Source: Arcobacteraceae bacterium (lineage in GTDB: Bacteria > Campylobacterota > Campylobacteria > Campylobacterales > Arcobacteraceae). From it: a stretch of DNA of 64,000 nucleotides. The notes under the pieces are model-generated. The model was not told the DNA's origin and made no database searches. It was given only the letters and a program-made list of their open reading frames with translations. A program made the position numbers and the translations under genes. The DNA lies in contig OY759974.1 of assembly GCA_963662945.1 (NCBI GenBank), positions 64,001 to 128,000 of the forward strand, given 5' to 3'. Positions 10,095 through 20,366 of the stretch are shown here, in pieces (position 1 is the stretch's first letter; every line of letters begins with the position of its first letter).

Positions 10095-11153
10095 ATGCTT
10101 TTATACATACATATTCCATTTTGCGATAGTAAGTGTTTTTACTGTGCTTTCAACTCTTATACTCACTTACATAATTTAAAAAATGATTATATGCTAGCTT
10201 TAAAAGAACAACTTACTTATCAACTAAAATTACAAAATAAACCAATAGAAACAGTTTTTATAGGTGGAGGGACACCTAGTACCATCGAAGCTGTAGAATA
10301 TCAAGAAATTTTTCAAATTATTACTCCTTATATAATACAAAATTGTGAAATAACAATTGAAGCCAATCCCAATTCTGCAACTTTAGATTGGTTGCAAAAG
10401 ATATATAATATAGGTATCAATCGTATTAGTTTTGGTGTCCAAAGCTTTGATGATGAAAAACTACAGTTTTTAGGAAGAAACCACAATAAAACTCAAGCAA
10501 TTGAAGCTATTAAAAATGCAAAAAGAGTTGGATTTGAACATATTAATTGTGACATAATATATGATACAAAATTAGATTCACAACAATTATTACAAAATGA
10601 TTTGGAGATAATAAAAAATCTACCAATTGACCATATAAGTGCATATAGTCTTACTATAGAAGAGGGGACAAAGTTTTTCAATAAAAGTAATGTACAAGTA
10701 GAGAATATAGATTTAGCACACTATTTATTTGAAGAACTCTACAATCTAGGTTTTACACAGTATGAAATCTCAAACTTTGCTTTAAATGAAAAAGCTAGAA
10801 GTAAACATAATCTTGGCTATTGGCAATATAAAGAATATCTAGGAATAGGAAGTGGTGCTGTAGGTTGTATTGATAATAAACGATTTTATAACTTTAAAGA
10901 TGTTATGAAATATATCGTAAATCCTCTTGAATATGAAGATATTGAAAACTTATCTAATGAAGATGTTATTGTAGAAAAAACTTTACTAGGGTTTAGAAGT
11001 GTTGTTGGAGTTAACAAAGAGTTATTCACAGAAATTCAAAAAAATAAACTCAATGATTTAATAAATGGAGAAAAGCTAATTCAAAAAGGGGACAAAGTCT
11101 ATTCAAATAATTTTATGTTAGCAGATGAACTGGCACTTTATTTAGATATTTAG
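10095..11153 (+). CDS. hemW: radical SAM heme chaperone HemW (HemN-like)
   Basis: LYIHIPFCDSKCFYCAF, GGGTPS, YEISNFA, HNLGYW. Confidence 0.92.
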   Translation: MLLYIHIPFCDSKCFYCAFNSYTHLHNLKNDYMLALKEQLTYQLKLQNKPIETVFIGGGTPSTIEAVEYQEIFQIITPYIIQNCEITIEANPNSATLDWLQKIYNIGINRISFGVQSFDDEKLQFLGRNHNKTQAIEAIKNAKRVGFEHINCDIIYDTKLDSQQLLQNDLEIIKNLPIDHISAYSLTIEEGTKFFNKSNVQVENIDLAHYLFEELYNLGFTQYEISNFALNEKARSKHNLGYWQYKEYLGIGSGAVGCIDNKRFYNFKDVMKYIVNPLEYEDIENLSNEDVIVEKTLLGFRSVVGVNKELFTEIQKNKLNDLINGEKLIQKGDKVYSNNFMLADELALYLDI

Positions 11154-11220
11154 AAGTTTTATTAATGATTATTTAGCTATAATTATAGTAATTTAATCAT
11201 AATTATATATGGAGATCGAT

Positions 11221-12456
11221 TTGAGAAAAAAAGAAGTAAAAAAAGTAGTTTTAGCATATAGTGGTGGACTTGATACAAGTATTATATTAAAATGGCTTCA
11301 AGATGAGTACAATGCAGAAGTTATTACATTCACAGCTGACTTAGGTCAAGGTGAAGAGGTAGAACCAGCAAGACAAAAAGCTTTATCTTGTGGAATTAAA
11401 CCTGAAAATATATTTATTCTTGATATTCGTGAAGAATTTGTAAAAGATTATGTATTTCCTATGTTTAGAGCAAATGCAATTTATGAAGGTGAGTATCTGT
11501 TAGGTACTTCAATCGCTAGACCACTAATAGCAAAAAAACAAATTGAAATAGCAAATAAAATGGGTGCAGATGCAGTTTCTCATGGTGCTACAGGAAAAGG
11601 AAATGACCAAGTGAGATTTGAACTTGGATATTTAGGACTAAATCCAGATATTACAGTTATTGCACCTTGGAGAGAGTGGGATTTAAATTCAAGAGAAAAA
11701 CTTTTAGCTTATGCTAGAGAAAATGGGATTGAAATAGCACAAAAACATCTTGATGCAGATGGTAATCCAGCTGTTAGTCCATATTCAATGGATGCAAACT
11801 TACTTCATATTTCTTACGAAGGTCTTCATTTAGAAAATCCAAACAATGAACCAGAAGATTCTATGTGGTTATGGACAACTGATCCAGTAAATGCACCTGA
11901 TACTCCTGAATATATCACTATTGGATACAAAAATGGTGACCCTGTCTCTATAAATGGAGAGGAATTATCTCCAGCAACACTTCTTAAAAAACTAAATGAT
12001 TATGGAAATAAACATGGTATTGGAAGAGTTGATATTGTTGAAAACAGATATGTAGGGATGAAAGCTAGAGGATGTTATGAAACTCCAGGTGGAACTATCA
12101 TGTTAAAAGCACATAGAGCAATTGAGTCTATTTGTTTAGATAGAGAAGAAGCTCATATGAAAGATGGATTAATGCCTAAATATGCAGAACTTATTTATAA
12201 TGGATACTGGTTTTCTCCTGAAAGAAGAATGCTTCAAGCTGCAATCGATGAAACACAAAAATTTGTAGAGGGTGAAGTAAGATTAAAACTTTATAAAGGA
12301 AATGTTTTTGTAGTTGGAAGAAATTCTGCAAATTCACTTTATAGTGAAGCACACTCGACATTTGAAGAAGATGAAGTGTATAACCAAAAAGATGCGGAAG
12401 GCTTTATTAGGCTAAATGCACTGCGACATATTATCGCAGGTAAAAAAAGAAAATAA
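11221..12456 (+). CDS. argG: argininosuccinate synthase
   Basis: [28 protein letters not shown]. Probable TTG start at 11221 after GGAG; the in-frame ATG at 11209 is the alternative. Confidence 0.97.
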   Translation: MRKKEVKKVVLAYSGGLDTSIILKWLQDEYNAEVITFTADLGQGEEVEPARQKALSCGIKPENIFILDIREEFVKDYVFPMFRANAIYEGEYLLGTSIARPLIAKKQIEIANKMGADAVSHGATGKGNDQVRFELGYLGLNPDITVIAPWREWDLNSREKLLAYARENGIEIAQKHLDADGNPAVSPYSMDANLLHISYEGLHLENPNNEPEDSMWLWTTDPVNAPDTPEYITIGYKNGDPVSINGEELSPATLLKKLNDYGNKHGIGRVDIVENRYVGMKARGCYETPGGTIMLKAHRAIESICLDREEAHMKDGLMPKYAELIYNGYWFSPERRMLQAAIDETQKFVEGEVRLKLYKGNVFVVGRNSANSLYSEAHSTFEEDEVYNQKDAEGFIRLNALRHIIAGKKRK

Positions 12457-12460
12457 TTTT

Positions 12461-12489
12461 AAGCTAAGGTTTGAGCCTTAGCTTTTTTT
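12461..12489 (+). terminator. rho-independent terminator after argG
   Basis: aagctaagg-tttgag-ccttagctt followed by a T run. Confidence 0.85.
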
Positions 12490-12525
12490 ATTATTTCTAA
12501 AAAAAATAATTTTAAAGGTTTTTTT

Positions 12526-13629
12526 ATGAACTATCTTAAGGACTTAGAGCAGATTTGTAAAATAAACTCTTTTACAAAAAATAAACAAGGTGTAGATGAA
12601 GTTGCTTTAGTGATGAAACAATGGCTTAAAACGATTGGATTTGAACTAACAACTTATTTAAGAGACGACATAGGAAACCATCAACTCTTCTCAACTCCTA
12701 AAACAAAAGGCAAAAAGATACTTCTTTTAGGTCACAATGATACAGTATTTCCTGAAGGTACTTTTGATAGTTATCATGAAGATGACAGTTGGGTTTACGG
12801 ACCAGGTGTTTGTGATATGAAGGGTGGAAATATAGTTGCACTTGAAGCATTAAAAGAACTTTATAAAAAAAATGGAAAAATTGAAAATATCGACTTTTTA
12901 CTTGTAAGTGATGAAGAAACGGGAAGTGATGACAGTAAATTTATCACTTTAGAGTTAGCAAAAAACTATGATTATTGTTTTGTTTTTGAAGCAGCTGGTG
13001 AAAACCTTGAAGTTGTAACTGGTAGAAAAGGTGTTGGAACTTATACTATAACAATACATGGTAAAGCTTCTCATGCTGGTACAAGTTATAACAAAGGAAT
13101 CAATGCAAATTTAGAAGCTAGTTATAAACTTCAAGAACTGACAAAATTAACAAATCTTGAAGTTGGAACAACTGTAAATGTAGGAAAAATCACAGGTGGA
13201 ATTGGGGCAAATACAATCAGTCCAAAATGTGAATTGCTTTTAGAGATACGATATAAGCTTAATAGTGAAAGAGATAGACTACTTCATGCTTTAAATAGAA
13301 TCACAAATAAAAGTTATGTAGAGGGTACAACTTCTACCTTAGAAGGTTTGATACAAAGAGATGTAATGGAACCAAATGAAAAGCAATTAGAATTTATCAA
13401 AAAACTTGAAAGTATCACAAATCAAACAATACCAACTGAACAAAGAGGTGGAGTAAGTGATGCAAATCATGTGGCATCTTGTGGTGTAATTACTATTGAT
13501 GGTTTTGGACCATTTGGAGATGGGGATCATACGGTGAATGAAAGAGCTCTAAAAAGTAGTTTTGTTCAAAGAATAGAGATGATGACAAAAATTTTACAAC
13601 ACCATCAATCTAATAATTTTATATTTTAA
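12526..13629 (+). CDS. M20 family metallopeptidase (carboxypeptidase G2-like)
   Basis: GHNDTVF, GPGVCDMKGG, SDEETGS, VFE, SHAG, GGVSDAN, GDHT.NE. Confidence 0.9.
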   Translation: MNYLKDLEQICKINSFTKNKQGVDEVALVMKQWLKTIGFELTTYLRDDIGNHQLFSTPKTKGKKILLLGHNDTVFPEGTFDSYHEDDSWVYGPGVCDMKGGNIVALEALKELYKKNGKIENIDFLLVSDEETGSDDSKFITLELAKNYDYCFVFEAAGENLEVVTGRKGVGTYTITIHGKASHAGTSYNKGINANLEASYKLQELTKLTNLEVGTTVNVGKITGGIGANTISPKCELLLEIRYKLNSERDRLLHALNRITNKSYVEGTTSTLEGLIQRDVMEPNEKQLEFIKKLESITNQTIPTEQRGGVSDANHVASCGVITIDGFGPFGDGDHTVNERALKSSFVQRIEMMTKILQHHQSNNFIF

Positions 13630-13640
13630 AAGGGTAAAGT

Positions 13641-14591
13641 ATGGCAAAAAATAATCGTACAATAGGTACTTGGATTTATCAAAATAGTGGTGGTCCTGAA
13701 ATTGAGCAAAAAATAATAAAAAAACTTAAAGAGAGAGATATAGATACTATTCCATATCTCAACTTACGGTATGCATATTCTAAAAATGGAAAATTATATT
13801 GTCCTCAGGATAAAAAATGGTGTAAGGGTAAATCTAAAAATGTAAAACTAAATGAACTTGATCTATTTTTTTCATACAACGCAGGAGAACAAACACAATA
13901 CCAAGTTTTTTTATACCAAGCATTAAACAGACTCATACCTATGATAAACTCCTATGATGCATTTGCCCTCACTGAAGATAAATTTCAAACATCTTTTGTA
14001 CTTAGAAATAATGGTATTGCAACTGCTGATTATAATCTATGTCATAGGGATGACTCGTATCGACTTAAAAAGATAATTAAAAAATGGGATAAGATGATAT
14101 ACAAACCAACTGATGGTTGGGGTGGTGTTGGTCTTACAAAAATTGAAGATGAGTCCTCTCTTGATATGCTTATGCCATTTTTAAATCAAATGGATTTAAG
14201 ATTTTTCTATGTTGAAAAGTTTATTGATTATGATAATACTGACTTTAGAATTGATATCGTTGATGGTCAGTTTGTAGGATGTTATGGACGAAAAGCTGGT
14301 GGAACTGACTGGCGAACAAATGTAACTAGTGGTGGAAGTGTATTTTTAAGAGAACCAAATGACCAAGTTGTTGACTTGGCAATAAGAGCTGCAAAAGCTT
14401 GTGGTACTGATATTGCTGGTGTTGATATAATTTATGACAGAAAAAAAGAGGAATATATTGTTCTTGAAGTTAATGGAATACCTGCATTTGCAACACCAGA
14501 TCAAGAAAAAATGGGATTAAACTTTAATGACAAAAAAATAGATTTAATAGTAGACTTAATAGATAGAAAAACACAAAAAGGAAAAAAGTAA
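13641..14591 (+). CDS. RimK/LysX-like ATP-grasp ligase
   Basis: EDKF, YKPTDGWGG.G, VEKFI, DFRI, DWRTNVTSGG, GVDII, LEVNGIP. Confidence 0.88.
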   Translation: MAKNNRTIGTWIYQNSGGPEIEQKIIKKLKERDIDTIPYLNLRYAYSKNGKLYCPQDKKWCKGKSKNVKLNELDLFFSYNAGEQTQYQVFLYQALNRLIPMINSYDAFALTEDKFQTSFVLRNNGIATADYNLCHRDDSYRLKKIIKKWDKMIYKPTDGWGGVGLTKIEDESSLDMLMPFLNQMDLRFFYVEKFIDYDNTDFRIDIVDGQFVGCYGRKAGGTDWRTNVTSGGSVFLREPNDQVVDLAIRAAKACGTDIAGVDIIYDRKKEEYIVLEVNGIPAFATPDQEKMGLNFNDKKIDLIVDLIDRKTQKGKK

Positions 14592-14592
14592 A

Positions 14593-16026
14593 ATGGGATT
14601 AGAGAATAAAAAGCTACCAAAATTAGGATTTTTATATTTAGATTATGTATTGAGATTTTTTGACCACTCAAATTTTAAAGGGTGGCCAAATAAGATAGAA
14701 ACTGTAACATATCACTGGGGAAATGATAAAGAAAGATTTATCAAAGAGGTAAAAAGAAAAAAGATAGAAGTACTTATAGGAAATATTCCTGCTACTGCTT
14801 ATGAAACATTTAGAGAAATCGCACGAGCTTTACCAGAAGTGAGATTTATTCCATCATTAGATACTCAGTTTTCAAATAAATCAAAAGAAAATGTTACACG
14901 ATTTGCATGGAAATATGATTTACCAATACCTAAAACATATATTTATTATAACAGACCAAATGCTGATAAGTTTTTACAAAAAACTCAATATCCAAAAATA
15001 GTAAAAAAATCTTACGGACCTTCAAATTATGGGGGATATTTTGTACATAAAGTTGATAGTTATGAAGAAGCTAGAGCATTATTTGATGAGAAAAAATACC
15101 ATCCAATGTATTTTCAAGATTTTGTACCTATGGAAGCTGATATAAGAGTTATGCTTATAGGACACAAGCCTGTATGTGCATTTTGGAGAAAAGCACCTGA
15201 GGGAGAATGGCTTACAAATACAAGTCAAGGTGGAAGTATGGATTATAATGATGTTCCAAAATCTGTTCTTGATTTAGCTGTTAAGGTTTCTAAAGCTGCA
15301 CGTGCTGAATACTGGGCTTGTGATGTTGCTTATGGGAAAGATGGAAAGGTGAGAATTTTAGAATGTGCTACTGCATTTGCTGCATTTCCATATATTCGAG
15401 ATTGGATTGGTCAATACCTTATGTGGTTATTGAGTGAAGGTAGATTTAGAAAACCACATTGTCCTATGTTTAACTGGGAAGAGTTAGGGAAAATTGATAG
15501 CAGTCTTTTACGAACAATGAGACATATCACTTTTGGTCAATACAATTCAAGTTTCGATGGTGCATATTTTGGTAAAAAGAAAAAAATGTATGGAGAGAGT
15601 GAAGTATATTTACATGAACTTGATGAAACATATAAAATGTACAGTGTAGCAAGAAGATGGAGTGAAGAGTGGCCAAGTGAAAAATGGAACTATCAAGACA
15701 AATTCGCATTGAATAATCTTAAATCAATGAAAGTTCCAAATCTAAAAAATGAAAATGCTCCAAGTCCAACAGGTGAAGATCAACAAAGTGACAGTACTAC
15801 ACCAAAACTAACACAAGAAGAATTAAAAGATGTTTTAACTTCAATAAAAGGTATTGGTGATAAAAAATTCAATAAAATTATCAATAAAATTGGTCAAACT
15901 CAAGAGGTTGTTGGTGTTCTTGAACAAAGTCCATCAATTTTATTGAATATCAAAGGATTTACAAAAAAACTTATTAAAAAAGTTGAGACAAAATGGGAAA
16001 ACTTTAAAAAATCTTTAGAGAAATAG
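14593..16026 (+). CDS. divergent ATP-grasp ligase with C-terminal helix-hairpin-helix module
   Basis: IPKT, VKKSYG, FQDFV, DIRV, WLTNTSQGG, ACDV, ILEC; C-terminal IKGIGDKK and IKGFTKK HhH-like motifs. Confidence 0.8.
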   Translation: MGLENKKLPKLGFLYLDYVLRFFDHSNFKGWPNKIETVTYHWGNDKERFIKEVKRKKIEVLIGNIPATAYETFREIARALPEVRFIPSLDTQFSNKSKENVTRFAWKYDLPIPKTYIYYNRPNADKFLQKTQYPKIVKKSYGPSNYGGYFVHKVDSYEEARALFDEKKYHPMYFQDFVPMEADIRVMLIGHKPVCAFWRKAPEGEWLTNTSQGGSMDYNDVPKSVLDLAVKVSKAARAEYWACDVAYGKDGKVRILECATAFAAFPYIRDWIGQYLMWLLSEGRFRKPHCPMFNWEELGKIDSSLLRTMRHITFGQYNSSFDGAYFGKKKKMYGESEVYLHELDETYKMYSVARRWSEEWPSEKWNYQDKFALNNLKSMKVPNLKNENAPSPTGEDQQSDSTTPKLTQEELKDVLTSIKGIGDKKFNKIINKIGQTQEVVGVLEQSPSILLNIKGFTKKLIKKVETKWENFKKSLEK

Positions 16027-16031
16027 GTGTT

Positions 16032-17198
16032 ATGCAAAAAAAGATATTAATATTTTCTACGTTTTTATTTACAGGCTGTAGTACAGGTGATATTCAATCT
16101 ATTACTACAGCAGCTCTAAGCAAAAATCCAACAGCAGCCTTTCAAAGTTTAGCTAGAAACAAAACAACCCAATATGCAGTAAATCCAAATCAACTTTTGA
16201 GTGACATTAAAGCTATGGATGCTTTTTTAAAAGATTTTAAAAACAATATTTCAAAATTTTGGGGTGCAGATAATGTGAAAATACCTCAAAAAAAAGAGTA
16301 TGTTAAATATATGCAAAACTATAAAAGTAGGGCACTTATAGATTTTGATAAAGGGATTGTAACTGTTGAAACACTTGATGATACAAATGCTAAAAAAAGT
16401 CTCAAAGATGCTATTGTAACTACCTTATTACTTCCTGATGATCCTAGATCTGCTGATTTATTTGGTTCAAAACCAGTCAAACTTGGAGCAACTCCATATT
16501 TACTTGGGGAAGTAAAAGATGATCAAAATCAAGATATACGATATAGTTGGAGAGCAAATAGATATGCTGATATATTAACAACTACAAAATTTCAACAAAA
16601 AGAGATAACAAAAGATGGGAAAAAAGTTACAGTATCTTATGTAAATATACCTATGGTAAAAGATCATGCAGATATAAGAGTTGCTAAATTTAAACCCATA
16701 GTAAAAAAATACGCAAAAAAATTCCAACTTAGTGAAAACTTGGTATATGCTATTATCCAAACAGAGAGTAACTTCAACCAATTTGCAGTGAGTGGTGCAG
16801 GTGCAATTGGGTTGATGCAAATAGTTCCAACAAGTGCTGGAAAAGATGCCTATCAACACGCTAAAGGGAAAAGTTGGACACCTAGTAAATCTTATTTATT
16901 TAATGCTGAAAATAATATTGAGTTAGGAAGTGCTTATATACAAATTCTAGATGATAAATATCTCAATGGTATCACAAATCCAATCTCTAGAGAATATTGT
17001 GTTATAAGTGCATACAATACAGGAAGTGGAAATGTTTTAAAAACTTTTAATAGCAATAGAAACAGAGCAACTACACTTATAAATAAAAAAACACCGGCAG
17101 AAGTGTATTCAACTTTAAGAACAAAACTTCCTTATGAAGAAACAAGAAATTATCTTAAAAAAGTAGTTACCTATAAAAAACAGTTTGTAAATATCTAA
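16032..17198 (+). CDS. mltC: membrane-bound lytic murein transglycosylase C (DUF3393 + SLT)
   Basis: Lipobox FTGC; AIIQTESNFN, GLMQI, AYNTG, ETRNY. Confidence 0.88.
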   Translation: MQKKILIFSTFLFTGCSTGDIQSITTAALSKNPTAAFQSLARNKTTQYAVNPNQLLSDIKAMDAFLKDFKNNISKFWGADNVKIPQKKEYVKYMQNYKSRALIDFDKGIVTVETLDDTNAKKSLKDAIVTTLLLPDDPRSADLFGSKPVKLGATPYLLGEVKDDQNQDIRYSWRANRYADILTTTKFQQKEITKDGKKVTVSYVNIPMVKDHADIRVAKFKPIVKKYAKKFQLSENLVYAIIQTESNFNQFAVSGAGAIGLMQIVPTSAGKDAYQHAKGKSWTPSKSYLFNAENNIELGSAYIQILDDKYLNGITNPISREYCVISAYNTGSGNVLKTFNSNRNRATTLINKKTPAEVYSTLRTKLPYEETRNYLKKVVTYKKQFVNI

Positions 17199-17202
17199 AT
17201 AT

Positions 17203-17365
17203 ATAATTCTAGTATGCTATTTTTTTAAGATTAATAAAAAAATTACGCGTGATATGAAGATACATAGCCTAGAATTTAATATCTTTACAACTGAATTTAA
17301 ATACCAAGTAATTAACGTCTAAAGCTATTTTCTTTAATCTTAAAGAAATAGCATACTAGAATTAT
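17203..17365. repeat. MITE-like element with 32-bp terminal inverted repeats
   Basis: 17203-17234 (ataattctagtatgctatttttttaagattaa) is the reverse complement of 17334-17365 with one mismatch; the 99-bp core is non-coding. Confidence 0.7.
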
Positions 17366-18388
17366 TTAGATTATTAACATTGCATCGCCATAAGAGAAAA
17401 ATCTGTATTTTTCTTTTATAGCCTCCTCGTATATCTTCATAGTCTTTTCTAGTCCTATAAAAGAAGCTACAAGCATAATAAGTGTTGATTTTGGCAAATG
17501 AAAGTTTGTAAGAAGATAGTTCACTCTTTTTGGTTGGTTTAAAGGATTTAAAAAAAGATTAGCTTCTCCGGATGGTTGTTTTGTGTCATTATAAAACTCT
17601 ATTGTTCTTGTAACTGTTGTTCCTACCGCTAGTATTTTATTTTCTCCATCTAAAACATTTTGTGATGATTTTGGAATCTCATAAAACTCACTATGCATAG
17701 GATGTTCAAGTATGTCATCACATTCAACTGGCTTAAATGTACCAGCACCCACATGAAGAGTGAGATAGTTTGTGTTGTAATTATTTTTGAGATTTTCCAA
17801 TAATTCTGGTGTAAAATGCAACGATGCAGTTGGTGCTGCAACTGCTCCATAGTTTTTTGCAAAAAGTGTTTGATAGTTTGTATTATCTGACTCTTCATCT
17901 TCTCTTTTTATATAAGGAGGTAATGGTAGATGTCCTATATTGTTTAAAACTTCTACTAAAGATAAAAAGTCTAACTCTTTCCCATCTTGGTAAAACTTCA
18001 CTATTCTTGTACCATCTTCTTGTAAAGCCAACACTTCTACACTCAAATCCTTATCAAATGTGATGATTGTACCAACAAGAACTTTTCCTCTCATATAGAC
18101 TAAATACTCATTGTTTGGTAAAGGTTTATTAAAAAGAAGTTCTATCTTTCCACCTGTAGATTTATGTCCAAATATTCGGGCTTTTATAACTTTTGTATCG
18201 TTAAAAAATATTTCTGTATTTTTAGGGATAAAATCTAATAGATATTTAAAAGTAGTATGGGTAATAGTGTCTTTGATAGTGTCATAAACTAAGAGCTTCG
18301 CTTCATCAGCAGGAACTGCTGGATAGGTAGCTATTAGTTCATTTGGTAAGTTATAATCATAACTTGATGTTTTGAGAGGATCTAACAT
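17366..18388 (-). CDS. queA: S-adenosylmethionine:tRNA ribosyltransferase-isomerase
   Basis: YDYNLP.ELIA, PLPPYIKR, AAPTASLHF, TLHVGAGTF, TNFHLP, FFSYGDAM. Start reassigned to ATG at 18388. Confidence 0.96.
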   Translation of the reverse strand: MLDPLKTSSYDYNLPNELIATYPAVPADEAKLLVYDTIKDTITHTTFKYLLDFIPKNTEIFFNDTKVIKARIFGHKSTGGKIELLFNKPLPNNEYLVYMRGKVLVGTIITFDKDLSVEVLALQEDGTRIVKFYQDGKELDFLSLVEVLNNIGHLPLPPYIKREDEESDNTNYQTLFAKNYGAVAAPTASLHFTPELLENLKNNYNTNYLTLHVGAGTFKPVECDDILEHPMHSEFYEIPKSSQNVLDGENKILAVGTTVTRTIEFYNDTKQPSGEANLFLNPLNQPKRVNYLLTNFHLPKSTLIMLVASFIGLEKTMKIYEEAIKEKYRFFSYGDAMLII

Positions 18389-18389
18389 A

Positions 18390-19154
18390 TTATTTTGTAG
18401 AATTTTCTTCCTCTTCCTCATCAAGTTCTTCTTCCTCTTCTTCATCACCAGCTGGATTAAATATCTTCGCAATATAGATAGATACACCATATAATACGAT
18501 AAGTGGTCCAGCCATTAAAAACTGCGTTAATACATCTGGTGGTGTTAATAGTGCAGAAACTATAAAGATAAGTACAACTGCATATTTAAAAAAGTCTTTT
18601 AATGTTCTATCAGTTACAAGTCCGATAATCGCTAAGAAAAATGTAAATACTGGTAACTCAAAAGCTAAACCAAAACCAAATAATAGTTTCGTAAAAAAGC
18701 TTACATATTTTCCAATACTTGGCATAACAGATACAACTGTACTACCAAAGTTGATTAAAAATTCAAACCCAAATGGTACAACAACATAGTATGCAAATGA
18801 AGCACCAATTAAAAACATAATTGTAGCCCCTAAAACAAAAGGGATAACAAGTTTTTTCTCATTGTCATATAAACCTGGTGCCAAAAACAACCACATTTGC
18901 CATAAGATAACAGGTAGTGATACTAAAAATGCACTAAAAAATGCTACTTTAAGTGCTGTGAAGAATGTCTCTTGTACTTCAATAGCAACCATTTTTGAAC
19001 CCTCAGGCAATACAGCCTCAACAGGAACCATCATCCAGTTTAATATAGGTTCATATACAGCAAAACATGCAAAAAATGCTACGAAAAGTGTAGCACACGA
19101 TATGATAAGTCTTTTTCTTAAATCAGCTATATGTGGTTTTAAATCTTCAAACAT
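18390..19154 (-). CDS. tatC: twin-arginine translocase subunit TatC
   Basis: HIADLRKRL, FLAPGLY..EK, FELPV, LTPPD. Confidence 0.96.
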   Translation of the reverse strand: MFEDLKPHIADLRKRLIISCATLFVAFFACFAVYEPILNWMMVPVEAVLPEGSKMVAIEVQETFFTALKVAFFSAFLVSLPVILWQMWLFLAPGLYDNEKKLVIPFVLGATIMFLIGASFAYYVVVPFGFEFLINFGSTVVSVMPSIGKYVSFFTKLLFGFGLAFELPVFTFFLAIIGLVTDRTLKDFFKYAVVLIFIVSALLTPPDVLTQFLMAGPLIVLYGVSIYIAKIFNPAGDEEEEEELDEEEEENSTK

Positions 19155-19513
19155 TAAGCTTCCTTATCTTGAGTTAACGATATTTTTTCTTTTTTTGATT
19201 TTTTTGTATCTTCTGAAGTAGTTTCTTTTTGTTCTATTTTCTTTGGCTCTGCTGCTTTAGAGATATCATCTAAATCGATATTTGCCATACTTTGTATATT
19301 TGAAACACTCTCTTTTAATTTTGCAGCATCTTCTTTTAACTCAGAGAGATTAAGTTCTTTGTCTAAAGATGATTTTGCATCACTAAGTTCACCTTTTATT
19401 TTTTTGAAAAACTTAGCACCCTCAACCAATGCTCCCGGTAGCTTTTCAGGACCTAAAGCTATGATTGCAACAATAAGGACTAAAAAAATCTCCATAAAAC
19501 CCATACCAAACAT
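19154..19513 (-). CDS. tatB: twin-arginine translocase subunit TatB
   Basis: MFGMGFMEI...LGPEKLP, directly upstream of tatC. Confidence 0.92.
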   Translation of the reverse strand: MFGMGFMEIFLVLIVAIIALGPEKLPGALVEGAKFFKKIKGELSDAKSSLDKELNLSELKEDAAKLKESVSNIQSMANIDLDDISKAAEPKKIEQKETTSEDTKKSKKEKISLTQDKEA

Positions 19514-19607
19514 ATAAATACCTTTTATTAATTAATAGTTTGGGATTTTACCTAATTTTTGATAAAATTCCACATAATTTAAGAGAATAAAAATTTGGAG
19601 AATAAGA

Positions 19608-20363
19608 ATGATAAAATTGTTGATATTGGCACTAGTAGGATTTGTTTTTTATATGCTAACAAGGGGATATAAAAGTAGTGACTTTCAACATATAAAAGTA
19701 GATGGAAAACAAACATTAAAAGGGAACTTAGAAGATCACGAAGCAGGACTTTTAGTAGCTATGATGGCAAAAGTTGCTAAAGCAGATGGAAAAGTGAGTG
19801 AACTTGAAGCTGAGATATTAAGCCATACTTTTACAGATATTTCAAATCATTTTGAAAATAGCGAAGAGATAAGAGAACAACTTAAAGCTATCTATAAAAA
19901 AGAGATGAATAGTTTTGATAATACTATTGATGTGGCACAAAGATATTTAAAGCTTACAAAAAGAGAATATCACAAAAGATTAAAAGTGCTTGAGTATCTT
20001 CTAAATCTAGCATTTATAGACAATGACTTCTCAAAAACAGAGTTTATGATAACAGAAGATATTGCAAATGCAATGGAGATAAAAAAAGCTGATTTTGAAG
20101 CTATGATAGCGCAGTTTGAGCAATATTATGCACAAAAACAAAATACAAAGCAATTCTCACTAGAAAAAGCGTATGAAGTGCTAGGTGCGACACCAGCAGA
20201 TGATATGGGAACTATCAAGAAAAAATACAGACAACTTGTAAAAGAAAATCATCCAGATATTATCACAGGGCAGGGTGCTAGTCAATCTATCATAGATGAA
20301 GCAACCAAAAAACTTCAAGAGATAAATGAAGCATACGAACTAATCAAAAATGAGAAAGCCTAA
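19608..20363 (+). CDS. djlA: DjlA-like co-chaperone (TerB-like + J domain)
   Basis: N-terminal TM, AKVAKADGKVSE.E, C-terminal J domain with HPD and INEAY. Confidence 0.85.
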   Translation: MIKLLILALVGFVFYMLTRGYKSSDFQHIKVDGKQTLKGNLEDHEAGLLVAMMAKVAKADGKVSELEAEILSHTFTDISNHFENSEEIREQLKAIYKKEMNSFDNTIDVAQRYLKLTKREYHKRLKVLEYLLNLAFIDNDFSKTEFMITEDIANAMEIKKADFEAMIAQFEQYYAQKQNTKQFSLEKAYEVLGATPADDMGTIKKKYRQLVKENHPDIITGQGASQSIIDEATKKLQEINEAYELIKNEKA

Positions 20364-20366
20364 TTT

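Noticed and set aside
10009-10119. N-terminal extension of rppH in the ORF track
   Set aside because: It overlaps the divergent hemW start and promoter region; the extension does not resemble RppH.
13641-16026. Calling the ATP-grasp genes rimK, gshB or lysX/argX
   Set aside because: Only family-level motifs are recognisable; there is no LysW carrier or other pathway context.
18389-18490. N-terminal extension of queA in the ORF track
   Set aside because: It is an alternate-frame read of the acidic tatC tail; the QueA-like sequence begins at ATG 18388.
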